From the NCBI GenBank assembly GCA_963815195.1, contig CAWFGE010000002.1, positions 1-47,333 on the forward strand: a stretch of 47,333 nt of DNA, given 5' to 3'. The translations under genes and the position numbers were made by a program. This document shows positions 19,717-29,212 of this stretch, one piece after another. Every line of letters starts with the position of its first letter. Positions within the stretch are counted from its first letter, which is position 1. This DNA comes from an uncultured Planctomycetaceae bacterium. Its GTDB lineage: Bacteria > Planctomycetota > Planctomycetia > Planctomycetales > Planctomycetaceae. The notes beneath the pieces were generated by a model. It was not told where the DNA came from. It ran no database searches and worked only from the letters and a program-made list of their open reading frames with translations.

Positions 19717-19996
19717 AATGATTCGAGCCAGTCAACGAGTGTGGTGGCAGGCAATGCGAGATGATGGAGACGGAGGCCCTGGATCCTTCATCCTAGCAAC
19801 GCCGTCCGCTTCAAACCAGCGAGAATTTTTCGAGGAACGGCCCGGCATTGTGGATCGGCCGGCGAAAGAGGCTGTTGGCCGGTTGGCGGGAAATTGCAGG
19901 CGCGCTGCGTGCGGGCAACGCCATCAAACGCCGGCATTAGAAAAGCACCGGCAGCAAGCGGCGCAGCGCTCGTCGTTTCATCTCGGAAAATCAGAG

Positions 19997-20024
19997 ATCA
20001 TGGGGCTGACGCCCCATGCTCGCC
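19997..20024. repeat. Family A palindromic repeat flanked by a duplicated segment
   Basis: ATCATGGGGCTGACGCCCCATGCTCGCC, with TCTCGGAAAATCAG on both sides (19981-19994 and 20031-20044). Confidence 0.8.
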
Positions 20025-20040
20025 GTCTCGTCTCGGAAAA

Positions 20041-20811
20041 TCAGCGCACCGCGCCGCCGTTGATATTGATAACCTGCCCGGTGATGAAAGCCGCCTGGGG
20101 GCTGGCCAGGAATCGGGCGGCGTGGGCGATGTCTTCCGGCGTGCCCCAGCGTTTGAGCGGCGTTTCTTCCATAACCCGGTCCTGCCAGTATTCGCTGGCT
20201 TCCTCGCCCCAGGCGGTGCGGATCCAGCCGGGGGCGATGCAGTTGACGCGGACTTCCGGGGCCAGGCTCACGGCGAGCGAGCGGGTGAAGCCCATGATCG
20301 CATTTTTGGCGGTGGCGAACAACTCGCCGCTGTCGCCGGCCATGCCCCGGTCGGACTGATCCCAGCCGATGTTCAAAATGCAGCCGCCGCCCGCGGCCCG
20401 CATGCATTCGCCGATGGTTTTGGAGAGGGCGACGGTCGCGGTCACATCCACCGCCAACAGCCGGGCCAGTTTTTCGAGGTAATCGAGTTTTGCCGCCGCC
20501 CCGGTGAGGAGATCGACGCCCGCGTTGTTGACCCAGATCTCGCAGCCTCCGAGCGTCTGCCAACTCTCGTGTGCGAACCGGCCGCGCTCCTCTTCATCTC
20601 CCAAATTCGCCAACAGCACCTGGCACTCTCGGCCCATTTCGCGCACGTCCCGCGCAACCTCCTCGGCCGCGGTTTGCGACGACCGGGCGTGCACGACCAG
20701 ATCGGCCCCGGCCCGGGCCAACTCCAAGGCAATCGCCCGGCCGATCCCGCTGGAGGCCCCCGTGACCACGGCCCGCTGATTCGAAAGACCGCCGAACGTC
20801 GACTCCGTCAC
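20041..20811 (-). CDS. SDR-family NAD(P)-dependent oxidoreductase
   Basis: VTGASSGIG, WVNNAG and VNCIAPGWI; the catalytic YxxxK appears as FATAK. Confidence 0.9.
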   Translation of the reverse strand: MTESTFGGLSNQRAVVTGASSGIGRAIALELARAGADLVVHARSSQTAAEEVARDVREMGRECQVLLANLGDEEERGRFAHESWQTLGGCEIWVNNAGVDLLTGAAAKLDYLEKLARLLAVDVTATVALSKTIGECMRAAGGGCILNIGWDQSDRGMAGDSGELFATAKNAIMGFTRSLAVSLAPEVRVNCIAPGWIRTAWGEEASEYWQDRVMEETPLKRWGTPEDIAHAARFLASPQAAFITGQVININGGAVR

Positions 20812-21228
20812 GATTTACTCCCAAGCCGTAGTGTGGCGTGTTGATGATGTCGTGGAATTGTGATTTCTTGCACAGATTTTCGCGCGAACGAGGAGATAAT
20901 CTCCCGGAAAGAGCGTTTTCCCGCGGAGGCTCTCTTTGCATACAAAAGAACACTGTTCGTGAGCTTTTTTCAGATTTCTAGCAATTGATGACCATTTCTT
21001 CCCACAATTTCTGCACATCCCGCGTATCAAAGGAGGTGCTGGGCCAATTTCCGTTTCTTGGGAATACTCCAGACGTTATGACTAGGAGCCACCGGCGGCG
21101 ATTCCTCAATTCCGCGGATTCACGATCTGTCGAGGGGAATTCTCGGAACAACCGGATGGGGAACGGGTTGATTAACTCAATAGTTCATCGACGGTTGTGA
21201 CGATTGCGATAAATTCTCCCGAAAGTCG

Positions 21229-21257
21229 TTGACGTTCGGCCAAAGGGTGGTAATAAT
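21229..21257 (+). promoter_or_regulatory. Candidate sigma-70 promoter in the long intergenic region
   Basis: TTGACG (21229-34), N17, AATAAT (21252-57) in AT-rich DNA. Confidence 0.4.
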
Positions 21258-21685
21258 GCCCAAGCATACTCCGATATGACGTTCCTATCTCGACCAGGGC
21301 GCGAGGCAACGCCAATTTTCGTAACTCCTTTCTCCTTGAGCCTTTGCCTATTTGAGTGAATTTTGCAATTCCCAAGTCTCCTTTTTCTATTCGGAATACG
21401 GAGATTTCGCTAGCTCACCAACAGACAAATCGGCTCTGTGTCACAGCAGGCAGCGACGGACAATTCAGTTCACCCGCCTTTTTCAAAGATTGAAAACCGC
21501 CGGGCTTTCCCAGTTCCGGGAGTGTCTCTACCGATCAACCTGCGCTCAACACGTTGACTGTGACGAAACCCCTTTAAGGACGTTTGAAATTGACTGAACA
21601 TGTTCCCCAGTCCGACCGGACCGATAGGGACGAGTTGTTCCGGTCTATTCACCCCCAATCCAAACCTCGAGGTCACGACGAACCT

Positions 21686-22081
21686 ATGATTACTAATGTT
21701 GCAGAACCCGTTGCCGATACCAAGGCAACACCGCGAAATTTCAATCTTCCCAACCAGCTCGAAAAAGATCTCGTGCAGGTCTTCAAGCTGCTCTCGGACG
21801 AGACCCGCTTGCGGATCCTGCTGTTTCTGGCGCGGGCGGGCGAATTGCACGTCACCGCCTTGTGCGACAAACTGGGCCAAAGCCAGCCGGCGGTCAGCCA
21901 TCACCTGGCGCTGCTCCGCGTGGCCGGCCTGATCGAAGCCCGCCGCGACGGCAAGCACAACTTCTACTCGGTGCGGACCGGGCACTTCCACCGCATTATG
22001 GAGGAGTTGTTCCAGAACATCAGCGATCCCGACAAAGACGAGTTCCGCTTCGACGATTTCGTTCTCACCCAAGAGAACTGA
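21686..22081 (+). CDS. ArsR/SmtB-family transcriptional regulator
   Basis: FKLLSDETRLRIL, LGQSQPAVSHHLALLRVAGLI and RRDGKHNFYS. Confidence 0.92.
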   Translation: MITNVAEPVADTKATPRNFNLPNQLEKDLVQVFKLLSDETRLRILLFLARAGELHVTALCDKLGQSQPAVSHHLALLRVAGLIEARRDGKHNFYSVRTGHFHRIMEELFQNISDPDKDEFRFDDFVLTQEN

Positions 22082-22142
22082 GTTTCGACGGGGAAAACTT
22101 CTCGCCTGCGGAATCCGCGATTCCAATTGGGCAAAACATTCC

Positions 22143-22180
22143 GAAGAGGCCGCCCACACTTGGTCGGTCTCTTCTTTTTT
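22143..22180 (+). terminator. Rho-independent terminator
   Basis: Stem GAAGAGGCCG / CGGTCTCTTC followed by TTTTTT. Confidence 0.7.
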
Positions 22181-22349
22181 GCGCCCGGCTTTGCTAGGTT
22201 TGCGCTTTAGACGAAACCATCACCAGCCCGAAGCGCCAGATTTGAAGTTGCGCCACGCCGCAAAATGTGAGCGGAAGGGCGCTAGCCCCCGGCCTTGTCA
22301 ATGGAAACATCGATAGGCGCTGGTGTCAACCACCATTTCATACCTGCCA

Positions 22350-23483
22350 ATGACCATGTCCGCCACTGCCAAACTTGCACTCAGCGATGGAACCGTTTTC
22401 GCCGGGAAAGCCTTCGGGGCCGGCGGCGAAGTGTTCGGCGAAGTCGTGTTCAACACCAGCATGACGGGGTATCAGGAAATCCTCACCGACCCGTCCTACT
22501 GCGGCCAGATCGTCACCATGACCTACCCGCTCATCGGGAATTACGGGGTCAATCCCGAAGATGTCGAAAGCGGGAAGCTCTCGCTGCGGGCCTTCCTCTG
22601 CCGGGAGTTGTGCCGGCATCCCAGCAATTACCGGTCTTCCCAATCCCTGGAAGACTACCTGGCCCAAAACGGCATCGTCGGCATGGAAGGCCTCGACACG
22701 CGGGCCTTGGTCCGCAGGATTCGCGTGCACGGAGCGATGACCGGGCTGCTTTCGACCGTCGATTTGGACGATGAATCCCTCGTGCAAAAGGCCCGCCAAA
22801 GCCCGGAACTCGTCGGACAGGATCTCGTCCGCGAAGTCGTCCCGGAGAAAGCCTCCGAATGGACCGGCGGACTGTCGGACCTCGCGAACTATGCCCCGGT
22901 TCCCAGAGCCGGCCAGGAAAATGCCCGCAGCGTCCATGTCGTGGCGATCGATTATGGAATGAAGTGGAACATCCCCCGCCATTTGAGCGATCTCGGTTGC
23001 CATGTGACCGTGCTGCCTGGAACGGCGACGGCAAAGGAAGTCTTGGCCCAAAACCCCGACGGCGTGTTTCTGTCGAACGGCCCCGGCGATCCCCGGCCGC
23101 TCGATTACGCCATCGGCACGATTCGCGACCTGCTCGGGCAGAAGCCCGTGTTCGGCATTTGCCTGGGGCAGCAGCTTTTGGGCCTCGCCTGCGGCGGCGA
23201 GATCTATAAGCTCAAATTCGGCCACCGCGGGGCGAACCAGCCGGTACTCAACCGCAAAACCGGCCGGGTGGAAATCACCAGCCAGAACCACGGCTTCGCC
23301 CTCGATGCAGAGACGCTCCCCAAAAACGTGGAAGTCACGCACGTCAATCTCAACGACAACACCGTGGCGGGAATCCGGCATTTGGAGCACCCGGCGTTCG
23401 GCGTGCAGTATCATCCCGAAGCCTCCGCAGGCCCCCACGACAGCCGGTATCTGTTTCACCAGTTCGTCGCCATGATGAGCTGA
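22350..23483 (+). CDS. carA: Carbamoyl-phosphate synthase small subunit
   Basis: GEVVFNTSMTGYQEILTDPSY, SNGPGDP, GICLG, KFGHRGAN, SQNHGF and QYHPEASAGPHD. Confidence 0.97.
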   Translation: MTMSATAKLALSDGTVFAGKAFGAGGEVFGEVVFNTSMTGYQEILTDPSYCGQIVTMTYPLIGNYGVNPEDVESGKLSLRAFLCRELCRHPSNYRSSQSLEDYLAQNGIVGMEGLDTRALVRRIRVHGAMTGLLSTVDLDDESLVQKARQSPELVGQDLVREVVPEKASEWTGGLSDLANYAPVPRAGQENARSVHVVAIDYGMKWNIPRHLSDLGCHVTVLPGTATAKEVLAQNPDGVFLSNGPGDPRPLDYAIGTIRDLLGQKPVFGICLGQQLLGLACGGEIYKLKFGHRGANQPVLNRKTGRVEITSQNHGFALDAETLPKNVEVTHVNLNDNTVAGIRHLEHPAFGVQYHPEASAGPHDSRYLFHQFVAMMS

Positions 23484-23510
23484 CGCGAAGAGCGAACCCG
23501 CGAGTGCATC

Positions 23511-25211
23511 GTGAAAAGTTTTGGGCAGCGAATTTGGCTTCGGTGGCTTCCTGCCTTGTTTATCGCGGCGTTCGGTTTTTGCGCCGTCCTCGTGGAAATC
23601 GATCCCGCGAGAACCTTTCCCGCGCGGCCGGCCGGTCCGGGTTTGACCGTGGACGAGGGCTTCAACGTTGAAGAAGGCGTGCGGCTTGTTCATGGCCTCA
23701 AAGCCTGGGCCTCGGGCGCGGTCACCTGGCGGGAAGTCTTCGGCGGGAAAAAAGAACTCGGCCCGAACGCCCCCTTGGGTTATCATCTGTCCGACCATCC
23801 GCCCGGCGGACGAATCTGGCTGGGGCTCTGGCACCAGATCGTTTTTCTGATGAAGGAGCCGCCCAATGCCCCTCCGAGAATTGTGGTCGCGTATGCCCGC
23901 ATCGGCTCGGCGGCGGCGTTTGCGATATTGATCTTTTTGATCGGCACCGTCTCTGCCCGCTGGTTTGGATTGGGGACGGGGACCATCTCGGCCTTGAGCT
24001 TGATCTTGATGCCCCGCGTGTTCGGCCACGCGCACCTCGCGGCCCTCGAAACCGTGATGAACTTGACCTACACGGCGGCGATTTTCGCGGTCGCCGGTTG
24101 GTGGCATCGCGTGGAAAACTCTGACCTAAAACCCCCTCCCACCGGGAAGCACGCGGCCCTGGCGGGAATTGTGTGGGGGTTGGCGTTGCTGACGAAAATC
24201 CAAGCCGTGCTCATCGCTCCGCCGGTGGTGCTGTGGGCTCTGTGGCATTGGCGGAGCCGAGCGATTGTTCCGCTGTTGATTTGGGGCTTCGCGGGTTTAG
24301 CCGTATTTTTTATCGGCTGGCCTTGGTTATGGTTTGATCCGTGGGGACACTTCGTCGAGTACTTCCGCCGGACCACAGACCGGTCCACATTATATGTCTG
24401 GTATTTGGGCGACCGCTTCGCCGATGCCCGTGTGCCCTGGCATTACCCGTTCGTCTTGTTTTTGGCGACAATACCGGCCGGGCTGTTGATCTGGGGCTGC
24501 TTTGGAGCCGCCGGCCGCGATGACCGGAAAGCGTTTCATCTCCGCGATGGACGATTCCAATTAATCCTCGCGGCGGCGGTGTTTCCGCTCGTCGTGTTCG
24601 CGGTTCCCGGCGTGGCGGTGTATGACGGGGCGCGGCTGTTTCTGGTTTCGTTTCCGCTGTGGGCTGTTGCCGTCGGCCGGGGCGTGGTGATGACGTGGCG
24701 GTGGTTTCGAGACCGGGCGGGCGGAAAAATCGCCGCGGCGGTGTTTGCGGTGATCTTTCTGTTGCAAAGCGATGGCCTGTTTACGATGAGTCCGTGCTAT
24801 CTCAGCTATTACAACCTCTTGATCGGCGGTCTGCCCGGTGCGGAGCGGGTGGGCATGGAAATCGACTATTGGGGTGAGAGCCTGACCCGCGACCTTTGGG
24901 ACGAAGCGATTGAAACCGTCCCCCGAAACGGAGTGGTGCATGTGACGCCGGTGCTGCATCCGCTCCAGCTTGTGTTTTTGGAAAGTCAGCATCCCCAACT
25001 CTCGCGGCGGGGAATTCGGCTGGAGCCGTGCCATCCGGAGCGAACCGGCGAAGCCGAGTATCTCCTCGTCTTCCGCCGCGAAGCCGATCTCGCTCCTCAA
25101 ATTCAAAAGCACATCGCCCCGGCCCGGCCCCAAGCGGAAGTCCGCCGGCAGGGCGTTCGGCTGGGCGCGTTTTATCACTTCCGGGAATCCCCCCAAAACC
25201 CCTCCGAATAG
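23511..25211 (+). CDS. GT-C fold membrane glycosyltransferase (ArnT/PMT_2, GT39-like)
   Basis: [37 protein letters not shown] and DYWG; many TM helices. Confidence 0.85.
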   Translation: MKSFGQRIWLRWLPALFIAAFGFCAVLVEIDPARTFPARPAGPGLTVDEGFNVEEGVRLVHGLKAWASGAVTWREVFGGKKELGPNAPLGYHLSDHPPGGRIWLGLWHQIVFLMKEPPNAPPRIVVAYARIGSAAAFAILIFLIGTVSARWFGLGTGTISALSLILMPRVFGHAHLAALETVMNLTYTAAIFAVAGWWHRVENSDLKPPPTGKHAALAGIVWGLALLTKIQAVLIAPPVVLWALWHWRSRAIVPLLIWGFAGLAVFFIGWPWLWFDPWGHFVEYFRRTTDRSTLYVWYLGDRFADARVPWHYPFVLFLATIPAGLLIWGCFGAAGRDDRKAFHLRDGRFQLILAAAVFPLVVFAVPGVAVYDGARLFLVSFPLWAVAVGRGVVMTWRWFRDRAGGKIAAAVFAVIFLLQSDGLFTMSPCYLSYYNLLIGGLPGAERVGMEIDYWGESLTRDLWDEAIETVPRNGVVHVTPVLHPLQLVFLESQHPQLSRRGIRLEPCHPERTGEAEYLLVFRREADLAPQIQKHIAPARPQAEVRRQGVRLGAFYHFRESPQNPSE

Positions 25212-25356
25212 ATCGGAAAAACCCGCTCTGCACACCGGACCACGGGCCGCGGCGAAGGTTTCGCGGAGTGGGTTGTCGCGCCTAGGGCCTAGGACTATAG
25301 TGCATTGGTTTTTGGATTTTCTTGGTGAATGTCTCCCGTGTTTTGCGGTTTGTTTC

Positions 25357-25836
25357 ATGGCGGATTTGACGCATTTTGACGAAGACGGAGCCAGCCGGAT
25401 GGTCGATGTGGGCGGCAAGGAGGTCACCGCACGGCTCGCCGTCGCGGAGGCCTTCGTCACGCTGCTCCCGGAAACGCTCGAAAAGATCAACAACAAGGAG
25501 TTGTCCAAAGGCGATGTGTACGAGGTGGCCCGGCTCGCGGGGATCATGGCGGCGAAAAAGACGGCGGATTTGATTCCGCTCTGCCATCCCTTGGGGTTGG
25601 ACAGCGTGACGATCGATTTTGAAACCGGCGACGACGGGCGGATCCGGATCGTCGCGACGACGAAAATCCAGGCCCGCACCGGCGTGGAGATGGAAGCCCT
25701 CACCGCCGCGAGCGTCGCGGCCTTGACGATTTACGACATGTGCAAAGCCATCGATCGCGAAATGTCCATCGGCCCGATAAGGCTGGTGGAAAAACGCGGC
25801 GGCAAGAGCGGCACGTTTCAGCGGACAACAATGTAG
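25357..25836 (+). CDS. moaC: Cyclic pyranopterin monophosphate synthase
   Basis: [54 protein letters not shown] and KRGGKSG. Confidence 0.97.
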   Translation: MADLTHFDEDGASRMVDVGGKEVTARLAVAEAFVTLLPETLEKINNKELSKGDVYEVARLAGIMAAKKTADLIPLCHPLGLDSVTIDFETGDDGRIRIVATTKIQARTGVEMEALTAASVAALTIYDMCKAIDREMSIGPIRLVEKRGGKSGTFQRTTM

Positions 25837-25899
25837 TGCGGCCCGATGGCCGGATGACGGGGAGTTGAATGAGATTGCGTAAGTATTTTCTGCCCTCGG

Positions 25900-25938
25900 C
25901 CCCCTCACCCTAACCCTCTCCCCCGAGGGGAGAGGGGA
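25900..25938. repeat. REP-like hairpin CCCTCACCCTAACCCTCTCCC...GGGAGAGGG
   Basis: CCCCTCACCCTAACCCTCTCCCCCGAGGGGAGAGGGG. Confidence 0.75.
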
Positions 25939-25956
25939 CAAATCCAAACACAGGCA

Positions 25957-26096
25957 GGTGGCTGGGGCGCAAAGCAATGTTCCAAGGAAAAAGAAGATTT
26001 GAGGGCTGGGGCCGCGTGAGATTTTTCTCGCCCGGCCACCGCCCCAGCATTCGCAGCTGAAGCCTTATTCCAAGGGGGATTTGCGCCCCAGCCACC
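25957..26096. mobile_element. 140-bp MITE-like element with 17-bp terminal inverted repeats
   Basis: GGTGGCTGGGGCGCAAA ... TTTGCGCCCCAGCCACC; a diverged copy lies at 6467-6605; no credible coding capacity. Confidence 0.65.
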
Positions 26097-26166
26097 CAAA
26101 CGCGCACAGTTTGAGATCCATACAGACGATTGAGCCTCTCGTTCCAACGGACCCAATCAAGGCCCA

Positions 26167-27168
26167 ATGAACATGAACAAAGATGTGATGGGACAACGCG
26201 GGTTATTAAGTCAGGTCGAGGAATTGATCGGCGACGACCTGCGGCAAGTGGAGGACCTGTTCCACGAAGAACTCCATAGCCGAAGGCCTTGCGTCCGCGA
26301 CATTTTTGCGCATGCGTCCCGGTTTCGCGGGAAGCGGCTGCGGCCGATCTTGCTGCTGCTCTCCGCCCAGGCCGCGGGCGGGGCGAACCATAACCACCGC
26401 GTGCTCTCGGCGGTGGTGGAAATGATTCACACCGCGACGCTCGTGCACGACGATGTGTTGGACGAAGCCGAGACCCGCCGGCACGTGGCGACCGTCAATG
26501 CCCGCTGGAACAACGAGACGAGCGTGCTCTTCGGCGATTACCTGTTCACCCACGCGTTCCATCTCGCGGCGAGCCTCGACAGCACCCAAGCCTGCCGGCT
26601 GATCGGCCGGGCCACGAACGTTGTCTGCGAAGGCGAGCTCTTGCAGATTTCCGAGCGGGGCAACGTCGATCTCGATGAGTCCCGGTATCTGGACATCATC
26701 GACGGCAAGACGGCGGAACTCTGCGCCTTGTGCTGCCAACTCGGGGCGATCTATGCCGAGGCCAATGCCGAGGTCACCGAGGCCCTCGAACAATACGGGC
26801 GTTCGCTCGGCCTGGCGTTTCAGATCGCGGACGACCTGTTGGATCTGTTGGGCAGCGAGGAAGTCACCGGCAAATCGTTGGGGACGGACCTTCAAAAGCA
26901 AAAGATGACGCTGCCCTTGATCCGGCTGGTCGCCACCGCCCGCGACGCCGATCGAGCCGCGATTCGGGAGTTGCTGTCACATCCGGACGAGAACACCCCG
27001 GCGGCGCTGATTCCGTATCTGGAACAAAGCGACGCCCTGGACTACACCCGCCAGCGGGCCGGCGAATACGCCACCGCGGCACGGAGCCAACTCGCCCTCT
27101 TGCCCGCCACCCCCGCGAAACGGGTTCTGGAAGCCATCACCGATTTCGTCACCGACCGCTCGTTCTGA
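26167..27168 (+). CDS. ispB: Polyprenyl diphosphate synthase (IspB/HepT-like)
   Basis: GKRLRP, first Asp-rich motif HDDVLD...RR, GKTA, second motif FQIADDLLD, GKSLGTDL and KMTLP. Confidence 0.85.
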   Translation: MNMNKDVMGQRGLLSQVEELIGDDLRQVEDLFHEELHSRRPCVRDIFAHASRFRGKRLRPILLLLSAQAAGGANHNHRVLSAVVEMIHTATLVHDDVLDEAETRRHVATVNARWNNETSVLFGDYLFTHAFHLAASLDSTQACRLIGRATNVVCEGELLQISERGNVDLDESRYLDIIDGKTAELCALCCQLGAIYAEANAEVTEALEQYGRSLGLAFQIADDLLDLLGSEEVTGKSLGTDLQKQKMTLPLIRLVATARDADRAAIRELLSHPDENTPAALIPYLEQSDALDYTRQRAGEYATAARSQLALLPATPAKRVLEAITDFVTDRSF

Positions 27169-27215
27169 TGTCCGGTGCGCGCCCCTCGTCGATCAATACC
27201 AATTTTTTAACAGCC

Positions 27216-27239
27216 CGGGGCGAGCGCCCTGCGGCTAAT
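27216..27239. repeat. GGGGCTAGCGCCC-family palindromic repeat
   Basis: CGGGGCGAGCGCCCTGCGGCTAAT matches 6432 and 6608; a related reverse copy lies near 22271-22292. Confidence 0.7.
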
Positions 27240-27362
27240 GAATGATTCCTTGCGGGGATGCGGCTTTTTTGCGATTTTCTTAGATTTTCTCTGTAACCTT
27301 TCGGCGCATTTCTTTTATCAAGGGAATAGGTCAGAGTCATTTCCCCTGATTGGGAGAGCATC

Positions 27363-29084
27363 ATGTCGGAAACGCGGCCCGCTTCGGAACTGTCGGTCGA
27401 TCAACTGAATCCCGGGGACTTGTTGCAGTTGGGGCTCGAAGGCGAAGAGGCGTCATCGGTCCACAGCGGAGAGAGTTCGCGCTTCGTGCCGCCTGCGCTC
27501 GAAATGCTCGCCGATCGGTTTCCCGAATTGGAAATCCTCGAGCCCATCGGCTACGGCGGCATGGGCTGCGTTTACAAGGCCCGCCAGAAGCATCTGGACC
27601 GCGTGGTGGCCCTCAAAATTCTGCCGGCGGAACTCAGCCAGGACCCGGCGTTCGCCGAGCGGTTCGCCCGCGAAGCCCGCATGCTCGCAAAGCTCTCGCA
27701 TCCGAACATCGTCACCATTCACGACTTCGGGCAGGCTCAGGAGTTCTCTTATCTGGTGATGGAATATGTGGACGGCATGAACCTCCGCGAGGTGCTCAGG
27801 ACCGGCGGACTGGAACCCGAGCAATCGCTGGCGGTGCTGTCGGCTTTGGCGGGGGCGTTGGATTATGCCCACGGGGAAGGCGTGGTGCACCGGGACATCA
27901 AGCCGGAGAACATCCTGTTCGACCGCCGGGGCCATGTGAAGCTCGCGGACTTCGGCCTGGCGAAGCTCGCGTATCCGAGCGCGGTGAATCCCACGTTGAC
28001 GTTGACTCGGCAAGCGCTCGGAACGCCGCATTACATGGCCCCCGAGCAATGGGAGTCCCCGCAGGAGGTCGATCACCGGGCGGACATTTACGCCTTGGGC
28101 GTCGTGGGATACGAGATGCTCACGGGCCGGCTGCCGGTGGGGAAATTCGACGCCCCTTCCAGCCTCGCCAAATTGTCGCCCGTGGTCGATGATGTCATCC
28201 ACAAAGCCCTGCACCGGGACCCGGCGAAACGCTACCAGGAAGCCCGGCAGATTCAGGAGGCGCTCGCCCCCGTGCTTTCCGTGCCGCCGGAACGGTTGTG
28301 GTCCGGCCCGTTTGGACGGAATTCGGAAGGCATGCCGATGAAGCGCTGGGAAGCCGTCTTTCGCGAATGGGCTTCCGAATACTGGCCCAGCCGCTCGGTC
28401 CGCGGGACCATGGAATGGATGCGGGATGAAGTCGTGGCCGGGGCGGTGTTTCTCGCTCAAGGCCTGCTCAAACTGCCCTGGGGGGCGATTGCCGGTTTCT
28501 TTTTGATCCTGGGGATGGTCAACAGCTATTGGGCCATGGGCCGAGTGGAATCCCAGCACTATGGCAGAGTTTCGTTTACCGAGGATGGGGTGGCCAAAAG
28601 CGTCGCGCAACCGATCGCCGAAATCCATACGCGGGGCTTTGACGGCTTTGACTCGCTGACCCGGTTCGACATGATTCGCGTGGAAAACTATTGGGTACTG
28701 GTGGCGGCGGGGGGAATCCTGTTTTTGGCGCTGTTTCGGCCGGTGTTTGGGCCGCGTGCGGATTTGCTGGCGATTCTTCTCGCAGGCTATGGAATCCTGC
28801 ACGTGTGCCTGTTTTACAATACGCCGGCCGAGTATGTGATCAGCGAGATGGTCAGCGGCCCGAGATGGCATCCGTCGATCACCCATGTGCTGAATGTCTC
28901 CCATATGGAATACCGGGCCGCGCCGCTGGTGGTGGGAATCACCTTCGCCGTTTTGCTGCTGTCCTTGGTGTGGAACATGTTTTCGCGGCTGGCCGCGAAC
29001 CTGCAAGCGGCCCCGGCGGAAGATCGGCGGTTCTTGCGATCGTTTTACGAATCGATCCTGGGCTTGCCCCCGCATGGCCATTAA
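27363..29084 (+). CDS. Hanks-type Ser/Thr protein kinase with C-terminal TM segments
   Basis: IGYGGMGCVY, VALK, HRDIKPEN, DFG and GTPHYMAPE. Confidence 0.95.
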   Translation: MSETRPASELSVDQLNPGDLLQLGLEGEEASSVHSGESSRFVPPALEMLADRFPELEILEPIGYGGMGCVYKARQKHLDRVVALKILPAELSQDPAFAERFAREARMLAKLSHPNIVTIHDFGQAQEFSYLVMEYVDGMNLREVLRTGGLEPEQSLAVLSALAGALDYAHGEGVVHRDIKPENILFDRRGHVKLADFGLAKLAYPSAVNPTLTLTRQALGTPHYMAPEQWESPQEVDHRADIYALGVVGYEMLTGRLPVGKFDAPSSLAKLSPVVDDVIHKALHRDPAKRYQEARQIQEALAPVLSVPPERLWSGPFGRNSEGMPMKRWEAVFREWASEYWPSRSVRGTMEWMRDEVVAGAVFLAQGLLKLPWGAIAGFFLILGMVNSYWAMGRVESQHYGRVSFTEDGVAKSVAQPIAEIHTRGFDGFDSLTRFDMIRVENYWVLVAAGGILFLALFRPVFGPRADLLAILLAGYGILHVCLFYNTPAEYVISEMVSGPRWHPSITHVLNVSHMEYRAAPLVVGITFAVLLLSLVWNMFSRLAANLQAAPAEDRRFLRSFYESILGLPPHGH

Positions 29085-29212
29085 AGTAACGGCTTCCAAC
29101 CGGGTTGACCGCCTGATCTGAAGAACCGCAGGCTTCACAGCCCGGCGGGAGGATGCAATACTGAGCGTCTCTGCAGAATGCGTTTCCCGACTCACAAAGA
29201 ATGGAGAAATAC

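Noticed and set aside
22338..24107. Long antisense or alternate-frame ORFs (also 27453-29264, 12596-13990, 33990-35372, 44788-46194)
   Set aside because: They shadow well-supported genes on the other strand or frame, as expected in high-GC DNA, and show no recognisable motifs.
25212..25356. Moco riboswitch upstream of moaC
   Set aside because: Only short palindromes such as CCTAGGGCCTAGG are visible and I cannot match the motif by eye; an Infernal search would be needed.
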